A stretch of DNA of 64,000 nucleotides from Alphaproteobacteria bacterium (GTDB lineage: Bacteria > Pseudomonadota > Alphaproteobacteria > UBA9219): assembly GCA_028866275.1 (NCBI GenBank), contig JAGWIK010000009.1:8339-72338 (forward strand), in the 5' to 3' direction. Under the pieces are notes generated by a model. That model was not told the DNA's origin, did not search any database, and was given only the letters and a program-made list of their open reading frames with translations. Made by a program: the position numbers and the translations under genes. Position 1 is the first letter of the stretch; each line of letters starts with the position of its first letter. Positions 27,167 to 37,088 of this stretch are shown here, piece after piece.

Positions 27167-28557
27167 AAAAGTCTTGGCACATCATATCACTCATCGGGAT
27201 CACGATTCTTTCCGCCTGTGCGATGGGTTCTGATTATCAGCGTCCATCTATTGAAATCCCCCTCTCTTACAAGGAAGATTACGGCGAATGGCGACAGGCC
27301 GTACCGCAAGATGAAAATGATCGCGGCGCGTGGTGGTCGATCTATCACGACTCCGTTCTTGACGATCTGGAACAACAGCTTGTTCTATCGAACCAAAATC
27401 TAAAAGCTGCCGAGGCCGCCTACCGCCAAGCCAACGCAGTAACAGACGAAACACACAGTGCCTTGTTTCCATCCCTGACGCTGAATTCATCAGCTGGACT
27501 CCAAAAGGGAACGATGCCGACTCCTGTAGCTGCCGATAGTCTCTATGGCTCAGCTTCATGGACACTGGATGTATGGGGACACATCCGGCGTGGGGTCGAA
27601 AGCGACGAAGCCAAAGCACAAGCCAGCAGTGCCGATCTCGCTGCGGCCAAACTGTCGATGCAAGCAGCCTTGGCAACCAATTATTTTGATCTTCGCGCTC
27701 AAGACGAACTGAAACGCCTCTATGACCAGATGGCGGAGGTTAATCACAAAGCCTTGGAACTTGCACAACGGCACTACGACACTGGCATTGGCGATTTGAC
27801 CGCTGTTTTAGCCGCGCAGTCGCAACTTGAAGACGTGCAATCTCAATCCATCAACACCAGCATTCGTCGTGCAAAGCTTGAACACGCCATTGCCGCACTG
27901 GTTGGCAAAACACCTGCTGAATTCTCTTTGCCGCCGGAACAATTTTTCGATGCTGTGCCAGAGATACCTGTGGGCTTGCCCTCGGCATTACTAGAACGCC
28001 GCCCTGATATTGCATCATCCGAACGCATGGTGGCAGCGGCGAATGCCCAGATTGGCGTTGCAAAAGCGGCGTGGTTTCCTGACCTAACGCTTTCAGCATC
28101 ATCTGGTTATACCAGCATGGCGTTGGGTAAATTGCTGCAAATCTCCAACAGTTTCTGGGCGTTTGGCCCGACCTTGGCTGAAACCTTATTCGATGGCGGA
28201 GCGCGTGAAGCCCGCGCAAAAAAGGCCAACGCCGCTTACGATCAAAGCGTTGCCAATTACCGGCAAAGCGTTCTGACTGCTTTCCAGCAGGTAGAGGATA
28301 ATCTTGCTGCCTCACGCATCCTGACCGAACAACAGAAAGTCAAAGAAAAATCCGTTACCCATGCGCGAACCATCGAACGCCTTATGGCGCATCACTATAT
28401 GGACGGGCTTGAATCCTACAGCAACGTCCTGATGGCAAAAATCGCCAGCCTTGAGGCCGAACAATCCCTGTTGTCGATCCGCCGAGAACGTTTGGAGGCC
28501 AGCATAGGGCTTGTTCAGGCTTTGGGCGGCGAGTGGGAGCGTAGCCATAAAGATTGA
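27163..28557 (+). CDS. RND efflux outer-membrane lipoprotein (NodT/CusC family)
   Basis: ATG at 27163 overlaps the cusA stop (ATGA); GGAGA RBS; lipobox LSAC. The ORF-track 5' extension to 27016 overlaps the pump gene. Confidence 0.85.
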   Translation: MKKSWHIISLIGITILSACAMGSDYQRPSIEIPLSYKEDYGEWRQAVPQDENDRGAWWSIYHDSVLDDLEQQLVLSNQNLKAAEAAYRQANAVTDETHSALFPSLTLNSSAGLQKGTMPTPVAADSLYGSASWTLDVWGHIRRGVESDEAKAQASSADLAAAKLSMQAALATNYFDLRAQDELKRLYDQMAEVNHKALELAQRHYDTGIGDLTAVLAAQSQLEDVQSQSINTSIRRAKLEHAIAALVGKTPAEFSLPPEQFFDAVPEIPVGLPSALLERRPDIASSERMVAAANAQIGVAKAAWFPDLTLSASSGYTSMALGKLLQISNSFWAFGPTLAETLFDGGAREARAKKANAAYDQSVANYRQSVLTAFQQVEDNLAASRILTEQQKVKEKSVTHARTIERLMAHHYMDGLESYSNVLMAKIASLEAEQSLLSIRRERLEASIGLVQALGGEWERSHKD

Positions 28558-28575
28558 GTTTTGAACACGCGACAA

Positions 28576-28809
28576 CTACCTGCAGCCTCTCAATTGTTGC
28601 CGAACAATGGCGTAATCCGTAAGCGCGGAAATAGATGCGCTTTTCTCATTCATTTCTTTGATCTCTTCAGCCAACTTTTTTTGGAATTCATGGCTATATT
28701 CTTTAATCGGTGGACACACGCAGGCGAGATCAGAATTTCCCGTCGCGCAGGCTGCCAACAAGCTCGTCGCGAGTACGAGGGGCAGTAAGTGTTGCTTGAA
28801 GTTGGGCAT
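28576..28809 (-). CDS. o-spanin-like lipoprotein (Rz1-like), gene embedded in / overlapping the i-spanin gene
   Basis: GGAGA RBS; MPNFKQHLLPLVLATSLLAAC lipobox; out-of-frame overlap with 28730..28969. Confidence 0.45.
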   Translation of the reverse strand: MPNFKQHLLPLVLATSLLAACATGNSDLACVCPPIKEYSHEFQKKLAEEIKEMNEKSASISALTDYAIVRQQLRGCR

Positions 28810-28969
28810 TTTTGATCTCCATGGCTTTTTGAAGTTGGTCGTAGCGTTCGGCGTTGCGGCCTTCTTGGCGGGCACCGAGCAGGATGGCGGTGACGGAAGC
28901 CGCGATAGCGCCCCATCCGATGAGGCGCATCGCGTTGCTGGAAAGCCAGCCGGTGAGGATGGCAAACAT
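28730..28969 (-). CDS. i-spanin-like protein (Rz-like): N-terminal TM plus coiled-coil
   Basis: N-terminal TM LIGWGAIAASVTAILLGA followed by a charged helical region; start overlaps the stop of the upstream lysis gene. Confidence 0.45.
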   Translation of the reverse strand: MFAILTGWLSSNAMRLIGWGAIAASVTAILLGARQEGRNAERYDQLQKAMEIKNAQLQATLTAPRTRDELVGSLRDGKF

Positions 28970-29631
28970 CAGCGCAACCCTTTCCGGCGGTCGTCAATCC
29001 GCGCCCAGATCATGACGCCGATGCCGATCAGCGTGACGGATAGAAGCAGCCATTTTACGCCATCGAGATACGGCGCGATGCTGAGCAACGCGTCGCGCGC
29101 GGGATCGACGCTTTCGCGTACCGCTTCCAGAACGCCGACACCAACCGTGGCAGCCGTCGCGGTTTGACCGCCTTTGACGGTGCGGCTTTGCTGCAGATTT
29201 TGCACTGGTGGTTCGACACCGGCCAGCACCAACGCCTTGTCGATTTGCGCGTCGGTGTAAGGCTGCTGGCCGTTTTCCTGAAGGATGATGGCTTTGACCA
29301 CCGGCTTCAGGTCGGTATAACTATGCATGTTGACGCTTTGGCTGGCGGTAAAGCCTGTTTTGGCCACCACTTCGGCGACATAGGCGTTGGTTTGGTTCTC
29401 ATTTGGCGGCGCCCACCGTCCGATCAGGTCGTTGACGGTCTGAAGCCCGTATTTGTCCTGATAGGTGATCAGCGTACGGGCGATGGCGCGGATGCCGTAG
29501 ATCGGGCTTTGGAAGACGAAGAAATCGGCATCCGTTTGCTGCTCCGCCAATCCTTGCCACGGATCCTTGGATTTGCGGATATTGCCGGGGTTGTTGTTGC
29601 GCATGCCGCGCGATGGGATGGTCGTGGTCAT
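28969..29631 (-). CDS. lysis-module protein, putative endolysin-like with C-terminal TM anchor
   Basis: Position between tail fibers and spanins; NNPGNIR motif; C-terminal TM WLLLSVTLIGIGVMIW. Catalytic family not identified. Confidence 0.35.
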   Translation of the reverse strand: MTTTIPSRGMRNNNPGNIRKSKDPWQGLAEQQTDADFFVFQSPIYGIRAIARTLITYQDKYGLQTVNDLIGRWAPPNENQTNAYVAEVVAKTGFTASQSVNMHSYTDLKPVVKAIILQENGQQPYTDAQIDKALVLAGVEPPVQNLQQSRTVKGGQTATAATVGVGVLEAVRESVDPARDALLSIAPYLDGVKWLLLSVTLIGIGVMIWARIDDRRKGLR

Positions 29632-29711
29632 AAACTTCTCCTGTTGCTGGACAAAGAAAAAGGCCGCCTTGTCAGGGGCGGCCCACCAAAAAACCTGATA
29701 CGATCAGGTGT

Positions 29712-29948
29712 TCAACGTGGCGCGAACCACCGCAAAAGATTGTCGAGCGCGAAACCACCGATCGCGCCGAGTGCAAGAATGACGGCGAAACCGCCTTTCC
29801 ATCGGCTGGCGGTGCGGTCGAGATCGGCCAGTTTGGTATCCATGCCATCGAGCTTGGTCTTGAGTTCGCTCACGGCGGTGGTCAGGGCGGCGACTTGCGC
29901 CTCCAGCCTGCCAATGCTGCGGAAATACTCGATGTCATTGGGATTCAT
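29712..29948 (-). CDS. small coiled-coil protein with C-terminal TM helix (putative holin-like)
   Basis: Internal Met start MNPNDIEYF; TM GGFAVILALGAIGGFAL; lysis-module position. Confidence 0.3.
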   Translation of the reverse strand: MNPNDIEYFRSIGRLEAQVAALTTAVSELKTKLDGMDTKLADLDRTASRWKGGFAVILALGAIGGFALDNLLRWFAPR

Positions 29949-29989
29949 GTCGGGTTCCTCTGGTTCCGGCGGATTGCATCTTGAAGAGA

Positions 29990-30298
29990 TCATGTTCCGA
30001 CCACCGTGACGAATGTTTGTGCTGCGCTGGTTTTACCCGTTCCATTGCCGACGGCGGCAATAGCGGTTTGGGCGATGTCGGCAATACCGGAGCCGTTGCC
30101 AACGGTGACGAGGCTGGTTTGTTCAATGCTGGCGATGCCAGACCCGTTTCCCACCGTGGTGACGGTGCCTGCGGCAACGCTGACGCGCCGCGCCCCATCG
30201 CCCACGGTGACGAGGGCGATTTGCTCGACATCGGCAACCGTGGACATCAAGCGGATTCCAGACCGAGCTGGCAGAGATTGACGGCGGACGGTGTCCAT
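29990..30298 (-). CDS. tandem-repeat (3 x ~20 aa VTVGNGSGIA-I-QT) beta-rich protein, tail-fiber associated
   Basis: ~60-bp DNA periodicity at 30010-30240; repeats visible in the translation. Confidence 0.3.
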   Translation of the reverse strand: MDTVRRQSLPARSGIRLMSTVADVEQIALVTVGDGARRVSVAAGTVTTVGNGSGIASIEQTSLVTVGNGSGIADIAQTAIAAVGNGTGKTSAAQTFVTVVGT

Positions 30299-31329
30299 GC
30301 CCCACCGCCCGGCGCTTGCGGAAATGTGGCCGAGAGGTACCAGAACGCCGCGCCTGTGGTCAGGACAAAGGACGATGAGACATCATCGACGCCGTTCACA
30401 CGGGCATGCAGTTTCAAATTCCGTGAACCGGAATCCTCCTTACGGGCGCAAGCTGTGACGACGACCCCGTCGATAACGGTGGGAGAACCTGGCAGATCGG
30501 TGATGTTGTAATAGTCAAAGGTGCCTGTCTGGCTCGTGGAGTTGTAGGTGGTGGTCTGATAAGCCTGCCCATCGACCGCGGCCCAGTTGGCGACTGCGCC
30601 ACCGACGCGCGACCATTGGGTCTGGTCGCCCACCGCGTTGGGCAGACTTGTCCAGACCGAACGCGGTGGCACCAAAGTGGTGGCCGTGTCAGTGCCATCG
30701 CTGGTGTAGGACACCAGATCGTCGATAACGATATTCTGACCGGAGGACTGATATCCAGCTGAAGTCATCGTGATGTACTGGAGCGCAAAATTAATCCCCA
30801 GCGTGGCTGTAATAATCATGCTGCCATTCAAGGCCAGCGTCAGCCAGCCGGAATGGGGATTGCAGGAAACGGAAAGCCAGTATTGAGTATTTCCGCTGAC
30901 AACATAGGCTGACGATGTCACCAGCACCGCATTGTTTGAATTCTGCCGGATGCGGAATGTACCCGTATTATCGAGGGTGACACGAAACCCGTCAGCGCCT
31001 TGGCCACCCGCTTGGGGTGGCGGTGTCACGGTGAATTGGAAGAGATTGCCTTCACCGGCAGGGAGCGAGGGCAAGAACCAGCCCATGCCCAGATAGCGTG
31101 TACCGATATTCGGCACTGCCCAAATCACGCCGCTGTTGACAAAGTTGCCGAGATTAAGAGCCTTCGAGGTTACGCCGCTGCCCTGCAACGAGCGCACGCC
31201 CGTTGTGGTGGAGATGCTCATGAAGTTGCCGTTGGAGAGCTGAGCCGTCCACGGTTGGGATATCTGGGCCAGATCGTTGACGGCGCCGAATTGCTCGAAG
31301 CCGCAGGCCCATTCAAGGGTAAGCGTCAT
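30247..31329 (-). CDS. phage tail fiber protein
   Basis: Gly/Ser/Thr-rich beta-rich composition; position after the host-specificity gene. Confidence 0.5.
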   Translation of the reverse strand: MTLTLEWACGFEQFGAVNDLAQISQPWTAQLSNGNFMSISTTTGVRSLQGSGVTSKALNLGNFVNSGVIWAVPNIGTRYLGMGWFLPSLPAGEGNLFQFTVTPPPQAGGQGADGFRVTLDNTGTFRIRQNSNNAVLVTSSAYVVSGNTQYWLSVSCNPHSGWLTLALNGSMIITATLGINFALQYITMTSAGYQSSGQNIVIDDLVSYTSDGTDTATTLVPPRSVWTSLPNAVGDQTQWSRVGGAVANWAAVDGQAYQTTTYNSTSQTGTFDYYNITDLPGSPTVIDGVVVTACARKEDSGSRNLKLHARVNGVDDVSSSFVLTTGAAFWYLSATFPQAPGGGAWTPSAVNLCQLGLESA

Positions 31330-31339
31330 GGTGTCTTTC

Positions 31340-32095
31340 TCATCCTACGTAGAGACCGCTGAACCGGAAATTCGTAGACGCAGCATAGGTCGCCGTCAGG
31401 GAATTCGCGGTTGCACCCGTCGATGTCGGCGTCAGATGATAGCCCGTGATGGCTTTGTTGGCGGTAGCGTTGTTGGCCTGCGCGTCCGTCGTGCCGGGGA
31501 TTGATGAGGGATAGGTTGTCGCACTTTCGGTCATGATCGCGCCGATAATCAGGCCGGTGGTCGCCAAGGCATAGGCCGAAAGCGTGGCGGTCGTGTTGGT
31601 TCCGTCATAAAACCAACCAAGCGGCATGAGCATGGCTCCAGGTGAGAGTTCGAAAATCACGAGTGCCGCATTGCCTGCGGAGATAGGGTTTTGCGTCGCG
31701 CTTTCGCCTGTGCCTGCGATTTTCATGAACATATCTGTCCATGTAGAGCCACCGCTGTCGATAAACGAGTTTTTTATCCAGCCGCTTCCCGCGTTGAAGC
31801 TCCCACCGCCCGTGATGGCAACCAAAAGATTGCCGGATGTCGGCGCGGCGCCGAAGGTTGCCCCTGTGATCGATGATCCTGCGGCAGCCGCGCTCTGCAC
31901 AACGCTTGCGGCACCAGGCGTAGAGGAACTCGACGGATTGACTTGCACCCATGCGGTACCGCTCCAGACAAAGGTATTGCCGGTGTCGGTTTCATAATAG
32001 AAGGATGTGGCACCCGACGGTATGTTGGGCGTCGTCGGACGCGCGGCATGCGTCCCGCGCCCGAAATAATCGGTGATCATGGTCGAAGCGGTCAT
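31340..32095 (-). CDS. phage tail fiber-like protein
   Basis: Composition and position. Confidence 0.4.
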   Translation of the reverse strand: MTASTMITDYFGRGTHAARPTTPNIPSGATSFYYETDTGNTFVWSGTAWVQVNPSSSSTPGAASVVQSAAAAGSSITGATFGAAPTSGNLLVAITGGGSFNAGSGWIKNSFIDSGGSTWTDMFMKIAGTGESATQNPISAGNAALVIFELSPGAMLMPLGWFYDGTNTTATLSAYALATTGLIIGAIMTESATTYPSSIPGTTDAQANNATANKAITGYHLTPTSTGATANSLTATYAASTNFRFSGLYVG

Positions 32096-32102
32096 GTTTT
32101 CC

Positions 32103-34922
32103 TCAATTTACGGAGATATAGGCCGATCCTGTCCAGAGATAGAGCTTGCCGTTATCGGCGGCCATGTAACAGGCGATGCCGATGCTGGCTGGCGTAAGAG
32201 AGGTAGGACGATTGGCAAGCGTTCCGGATTGGAACAATTGTTTGTAGGCAGAATTGCCGTCAAAGGTGCCGATGGTGTGTCCATGGTCGTCGGCGATCAA
32301 GGCAGCGGTGCCGGAAGCCTCGCCGGTCACCAGCGGCAGCCCATAGCCGTAACTATTGCCGATCCCGCCGCCGACGGCGCTGATGACGCCGCCCGACGCC
32401 GTGATCGTGGTTCCGTCCACCTTGACGATGCCGAAGGCGCTGGCGCTGCCGATCTGAACCGCAGGTGCCGCGTCCGACCGCATATAGGTGGTGGCCGAAC
32501 CGTTAATCGCCGCGCTTCCTGCCGTTGCCGTGGGATTGCCCGCCGTTCCCCCTGAACCGCCCGATGCCGCCACGGTTGAAAGACCCGTCACGCGACCTGC
32601 GACATCCACCGTGACGACCGGAATGGCGCTGGCACTGCCATAGGTGCCAGCGGTCACACCCGAACCAGGCAAATCCGCCGCCACCAACGCCCGAAAAGCC
32701 GGAGCCGCCGCAGACCCCGATATGGGGCTGGCATAAACAAGATTGGCAGCCTGATTGGCCTTCGCCACCGTAAGCGTGCCGGAGCTTGTGACCGGCGAAC
32801 CTGATACGGAGAACTCGCTGGGCATACTCAAGCCGACGCTCGTCACCATGCCGGAATTTGTGGCGGCGGTGACTTGGCCGGAGGCGTTGACGGTGATGCC
32901 ACCGTAAGTCCCCGCCGAAGCCAGCAACGGAAATCCTGTCCCCACCGGAGCATAGGTATAAGCGGTACAGGTTGATAAATCCTGCACACCATTGCCCCAG
33001 ATATTGAAGCTCTGCAGCTTCACATAAAGTGTCTGTCCGACATAGGCTTGCGGCAGGTTGTATTGAAACACAGTGCCATCTAGCCGGACGAACGATGCGC
33101 CTGTCGCATGAACGCCCGCCGTGGTGCCGTAGAGGCCGCGATAAAGCGGGTTGAGATTGTATTTGCCGGTCGCCGTCAGTGTCGCATTCTCATAGGCCAA
33201 CAACTCGCCGTCGCAGTAGCAAAGTGTGCGCCCCGCCGCAGCATCGGCAGCACTGCCGGATGATAACGTACCACCGCTTTCGTTGAGATCGACGGAGAGC
33301 GTGTCGGTGCTGTCTGGATTGGTGCCAGAGAATGACGACAGCGCAGCGGTTAGCATGCCCATGCGCGCTGGCCCGTTGATGGCGCCAACCATCTGGTAAT
33401 TGACGTTGTCTACCGAAATCCAGACGTTGCAACCACCCCAATTGGGATCGGCGACATCGGCAACACCGCCTGACGCGGCGATCCAAACCTGAGCCACGCC
33501 GCCGGTCAATGTTGCGGCCGGTTCGAAAATCACTGGCGTATTGACGGAAGCCGGAACAACGGCGGGGTTCAGCGTCAGGCCGTTGCTGTTGGTCTGCGCG
33601 GGATAGGCGGTAGCCGTCGCGGTGCCGGACGGAAACTCCTCGGCAACGATGGTGAGGATGCCTTGATCATCCTCTTCAATCGACGTGATGCGCACAGGAA
33701 CCTTGCTCATCCCCATGCCGCTGTCGGTCAGCGTCACCAAATCCATCGGCTCCAAGAGGAAATATTCCCACGACAGCTTGAAGGTGTAGGTGTTGCGGAT
33801 ATTGACCGAGCGCTGGACGATCAGGTTTGCAGCGATGTTGGCAACAGCGGTCGAGGTAAATTCATGGGCGGTGACCTGACTGCCCACGCGTAGACCAAAA
33901 CCCTCGATGCTGGCCTGGTCGCGCGCTTCCACGATATTGGAGGCATAGCGTACCGTCCGGTCGGCATATTCGAGGCGATAGCAATTATAGGCATCGGCAG
34001 GGTCGGAACGGATCAGCTGCACCGGATCGGCGTTGTCCGGCACTACATAATCGCTGTCGGACAGGTCATAGATCGGCGTGACGTTGGGGACAAAGACATA
34101 GCCGTTGCCGCTGACCGGCGCGTCACCATAGGGAATGGCTTTCAGCACCGACCCCGACCAGACCGGTGCGGTGTTGGTGATCTGGAACCACCGCGCCAGC
34201 ACATCATTGGCTTTTTCCACCGAGTCCAGCACCGGCGAAAAGTCGAGGCCAAGCGCGCGGCAATAGGTCTGCCACGACGCATCGCCTGTGGTCTGGGCGT
34301 TGGAGCCGGAGAACCATGACGTATTGTCGATCGTAGCGGACGGTAAGCCAACACCATGCAGACCGGTAAGATAATCCAACCCCACCGAAGGAATGTCGGC
34401 ATCGCCCTGAGCGTTAATGCCTGTGTTGTAAAGCGCGCCCATTACCTCGACGCGCAAGTTCGGCAGGGAGTCGTTGCTTCCGAGGTTAAAATTCGCCGCT
34501 GCGAGATAGGCGGTATAGGGATAGGCGATCGCCTGAGACGAATTGTAGGATTGCAACCACGACCACGGCGTCTGTGTGGCGCTGCCGGTATAGCCGGTAA
34601 AGCCGAGATTGGAATCGGTGATGCCGGTATAGCGGTCTTTTTGCTTCCAGACTTGGCCGAAGCCGTTGATCGGCCCCGCGCAGACCCCAAGTTCCAAACT
34701 GGCCGAATAGGTATAGCTGGTGGTGGCGCTCTTGCCGCCCTTGCCAACCTTTTGGCGCTGCGGATGCGCCTGAAAGTTTCCGTACCAAATGATATTGAGG
34801 CCGCCAGCCGACTTGCCCCAGATCAACGGCACCGGCAGCGAGGCTGTCGAAGTGTTGACGCGCAGCTGGGTAAACTCCGGTCTAACGTTGGGCGTCTTGG
34901 CGCCACCGAACAGGCCGCTCAT
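32103..34922 (-). CDS. phage host-specificity / central tail fiber protein (GTA gp15 / lambda J-like)
   Basis: 939 aa; follows the NlpC/P60, DUF2163 and DUF2460 trio as in GTA-like tail modules. Confidence 0.7.
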   Translation of the reverse strand: MSGLFGGAKTPNVRPEFTQLRVNTSTASLPVPLIWGKSAGGLNIIWYGNFQAHPQRQKVGKGGKSATTSYTYSASLELGVCAGPINGFGQVWKQKDRYTGITDSNLGFTGYTGSATQTPWSWLQSYNSSQAIAYPYTAYLAAANFNLGSNDSLPNLRVEVMGALYNTGINAQGDADIPSVGLDYLTGLHGVGLPSATIDNTSWFSGSNAQTTGDASWQTYCRALGLDFSPVLDSVEKANDVLARWFQITNTAPVWSGSVLKAIPYGDAPVSGNGYVFVPNVTPIYDLSDSDYVVPDNADPVQLIRSDPADAYNCYRLEYADRTVRYASNIVEARDQASIEGFGLRVGSQVTAHEFTSTAVANIAANLIVQRSVNIRNTYTFKLSWEYFLLEPMDLVTLTDSGMGMSKVPVRITSIEEDDQGILTIVAEEFPSGTATATAYPAQTNSNGLTLNPAVVPASVNTPVIFEPAATLTGGVAQVWIAASGGVADVADPNWGGCNVWISVDNVNYQMVGAINGPARMGMLTAALSSFSGTNPDSTDTLSVDLNESGGTLSSGSAADAAAGRTLCYCDGELLAYENATLTATGKYNLNPLYRGLYGTTAGVHATGASFVRLDGTVFQYNLPQAYVGQTLYVKLQSFNIWGNGVQDLSTCTAYTYAPVGTGFPLLASAGTYGGITVNASGQVTAATNSGMVTSVGLSMPSEFSVSGSPVTSSGTLTVAKANQAANLVYASPISGSAAAPAFRALVAADLPGSGVTAGTYGSASAIPVVTVDVAGRVTGLSTVAASGGSGGTAGNPTATAGSAAINGSATTYMRSDAAPAVQIGSASAFGIVKVDGTTITASGGVISAVGGGIGNSYGYGLPLVTGEASGTAALIADDHGHTIGTFDGNSAYKQLFQSGTLANRPTSLTPASIGIACYMAADNGKLYLWTGSAYISVN

Positions 34923-35371
34923 GCCGCACCTTCCCGAAATGGGTCAAAGAATTTGAGATGCCTATTGGCGGAAAGCGGACTGGACAGGGAAAGATCACTT
35001 TCCACCACCATGCCTTCGGGCTGATAGGCATGCACCACAAGACACGGCGACAGGCCGACGACAATACCGCCATGCGAATAAGCGCGGCCAATGCGCCAGA
35101 TTGCGACATCGCCAAGCTGTGGCGTTTCGACTTCATGCCCATAGGTGGCAAGGAACCCCAGATAGCGTTCATCATCACGGTGCAGATGCCACTCGTCCGG
35201 ATAGGGGCGCGGGTCAAAGGGCAGCACGATGCCGCAATCCACATAGACCCGTACCAGCAGCATGCCGCAGTCGACGCCAGCACCCAGTACATCCGCCTGA
35301 TGGTGATAGGGCGTGCCGATCCAGCGCCGTGCTTCGGCAGCCACGGCGGCGCGTTGTTCCAGAACGGTCAT
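34919..35371 (-). CDS. phage NlpC/P60 family cell-wall peptidase (tail-associated)
   Basis: Cys-His peptidase pattern; conserved position. Confidence 0.65.
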   Translation of the reverse strand: MTVLEQRAAVAAEARRWIGTPYHHQADVLGAGVDCGMLLVRVYVDCGIVLPFDPRPYPDEWHLHRDDERYLGFLATYGHEVETPQLGDVAIWRIGRAYSHGGIVVGLSPCLVVHAYQPEGMVVESDLSLSSPLSANRHLKFFDPFREGAA

Positions 35372-35379
35372 GGACAGGC

Positions 35380-36258
35380 CTACATTAAGGCCATTTCGGG
35401 CGGTGGCACGAAGGGATAGCCACGGAAATGGGCGAGATTGTTAAACCGGCTCTGGCAAGTCGCCATGGTCTTGTCGCAGCCCTTGTAGACAACGAAACTA
35501 TCGCCCGCCGTTGGCAGGTAATCGAGTGGACGCATCAACGTTAGTCCAGAGCTTGTCGATTGCCGCACCGTGCGCGACACGCCGACATTCGCACCGCTTT
35601 CGAAGGTGATCGTGCCTTGGTCGTAAGTATCCAGCGTCGATCCTGACCACGGGATGAAGGTTAGGGTCGGGGTTGCGCCCACCGTACCAGATGCGCCATT
35701 GGCGGATTTGAGAATAGCGCAAAGCCCGTCATACAGCGTGTTGAGACAACCCGGTTGCCAGATATCACGCGGCATATCGATTGCCAGCTTGTTGAGCATC
35801 GACTTGACCGTCATCTTGCAGCTCAACCGCCCGATATTGTCGACCGTAGCAATAAGCCCATGAAACATGACGATGGCTGCGCTGCCTATCACCGACCCGC
35901 CGGGAGCAGTTAGCACCGCGCGCGCCCGTTCAAAGGTCGCCCCGTCAAACCTTCCTTCGCGCACGGCGATTGGCCACGGCAATCCAGCGATGGTCGAGGT
36001 CGGCTTGAACGAAATATCCAACGACTGTTCGTCGATATCGACGCCGCAGGTTTGTTTCAGCTTAAGTCCGTCGATCAGAACGTCGCCTGCGACATAGACC
36101 AGCGCTGGGCCACCGGAGACGGGGATCGTCACCGTGTATTGCGCGTTCGTGTAACGGGCGACGGTGCCATCGGCCAGCGTGAGGGTAAAACAATCTGCAA
36201 AGGTCAATTCGCGGTTGGTCTGAAGGGCGGCGATGACGGCGGTAGGGGCGGATTTCAT
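35380..36258 (-). CDS. phage conserved protein (DUF2163, BR0599-like)
   Basis: Position and size in a GTA-like tail module. Confidence 0.55.
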   Translation of the reverse strand: MKSAPTAVIAALQTNRELTFADCFTLTLADGTVARYTNAQYTVTIPVSGGPALVYVAGDVLIDGLKLKQTCGVDIDEQSLDISFKPTSTIAGLPWPIAVREGRFDGATFERARAVLTAPGGSVIGSAAIVMFHGLIATVDNIGRLSCKMTVKSMLNKLAIDMPRDIWQPGCLNTLYDGLCAILKSANGASGTVGATPTLTFIPWSGSTLDTYDQGTITFESGANVGVSRTVRQSTSSGLTLMRPLDYLPTAGDSFVVYKGCDKTMATCQSRFNNLAHFRGYPFVPPPEMALM

Positions 36259-37088
36259 GGGAGCACCGTCACCAGTTTGAGTTCATGCAGCGTCCACAGA
36301 TTGGCCATGAATTCCTCGAAATCCTGAGCGTCAGCGGCAAAACGGCAGACAAAATAGTAACGGAACGATGCCGTGATCTGACTGCCGGTCGTCGGAGCCG
36401 TATTGAAAGTCAGCGTGTTGGGCGAAGCGAACGAATAGCTGGTCGGATCTTGCAAAACGCCCGCGACATAGACGCCCGCGAGATCGGCGGAAAAGACATA
36501 CCCCACCGGTTCCGCCGCTTCGCCCACCGTGCGTATCAGCGTAAAGACAGTGGTTGTGCCGTCGCCTGTGCCTTGTGCGCCCATCGTCACATGACTGTCG
36601 GCTGTGTTCTGCGTGACCGCGCCAAGATCGAGCAGAAACGTGTCGTATTGCCCTCGACGCGCCATAAAGAAGCCCATCAGGGTCTGGATCTCCTGTGTGG
36701 CGTCGCCGCGCAGGACTTCGAAGGTCAGTGTCAGGTCGTAAATGGCATATTGCTGCCACGCTGTGCGGATTTCGCGTCCGGACACATGATCGGCGACGCG
36801 CGTCTTGAATTTCGGCGCGACATGGACGCTCCAGCCCAGACCAGGGGGCAATGGGAATTTTTCTGTATTCACAGTCGGCGGACTCCCGATCAGAATAAGG
36901 GATTCGATAGCGACAAAGGCAAGCCGTAACGGCGCATCGCCCTTGGCGGCGCTTTCGGCATAAATGGCGTTCAAGCGCAACGGCGATGTGGTTTTGGCTG
37001 GAACCTCCACCGCCGTGTAATTGACGCGTGCAGGCGCAGAGCCTTTCGCCGCTGTTTCAGCGACGACAAGATTAAGACGTGCGACCAT
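36255..37088 (-). CDS. phage conserved tail protein (DUF2460, TIGR02217-like)
   Basis: Position and size. Confidence 0.55.
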   Translation of the reverse strand: MVARLNLVVAETAAKGSAPARVNYTAVEVPAKTTSPLRLNAIYAESAAKGDAPLRLAFVAIESLILIGSPPTVNTEKFPLPPGLGWSVHVAPKFKTRVADHVSGREIRTAWQQYAIYDLTLTFEVLRGDATQEIQTLMGFFMARRGQYDTFLLDLGAVTQNTADSHVTMGAQGTGDGTTTVFTLIRTVGEAAEPVGYVFSADLAGVYVAGVLQDPTSYSFASPNTLTFNTAPTTGSQITASFRYYFVCRFAADAQDFEEFMANLWTLHELKLVTVLP

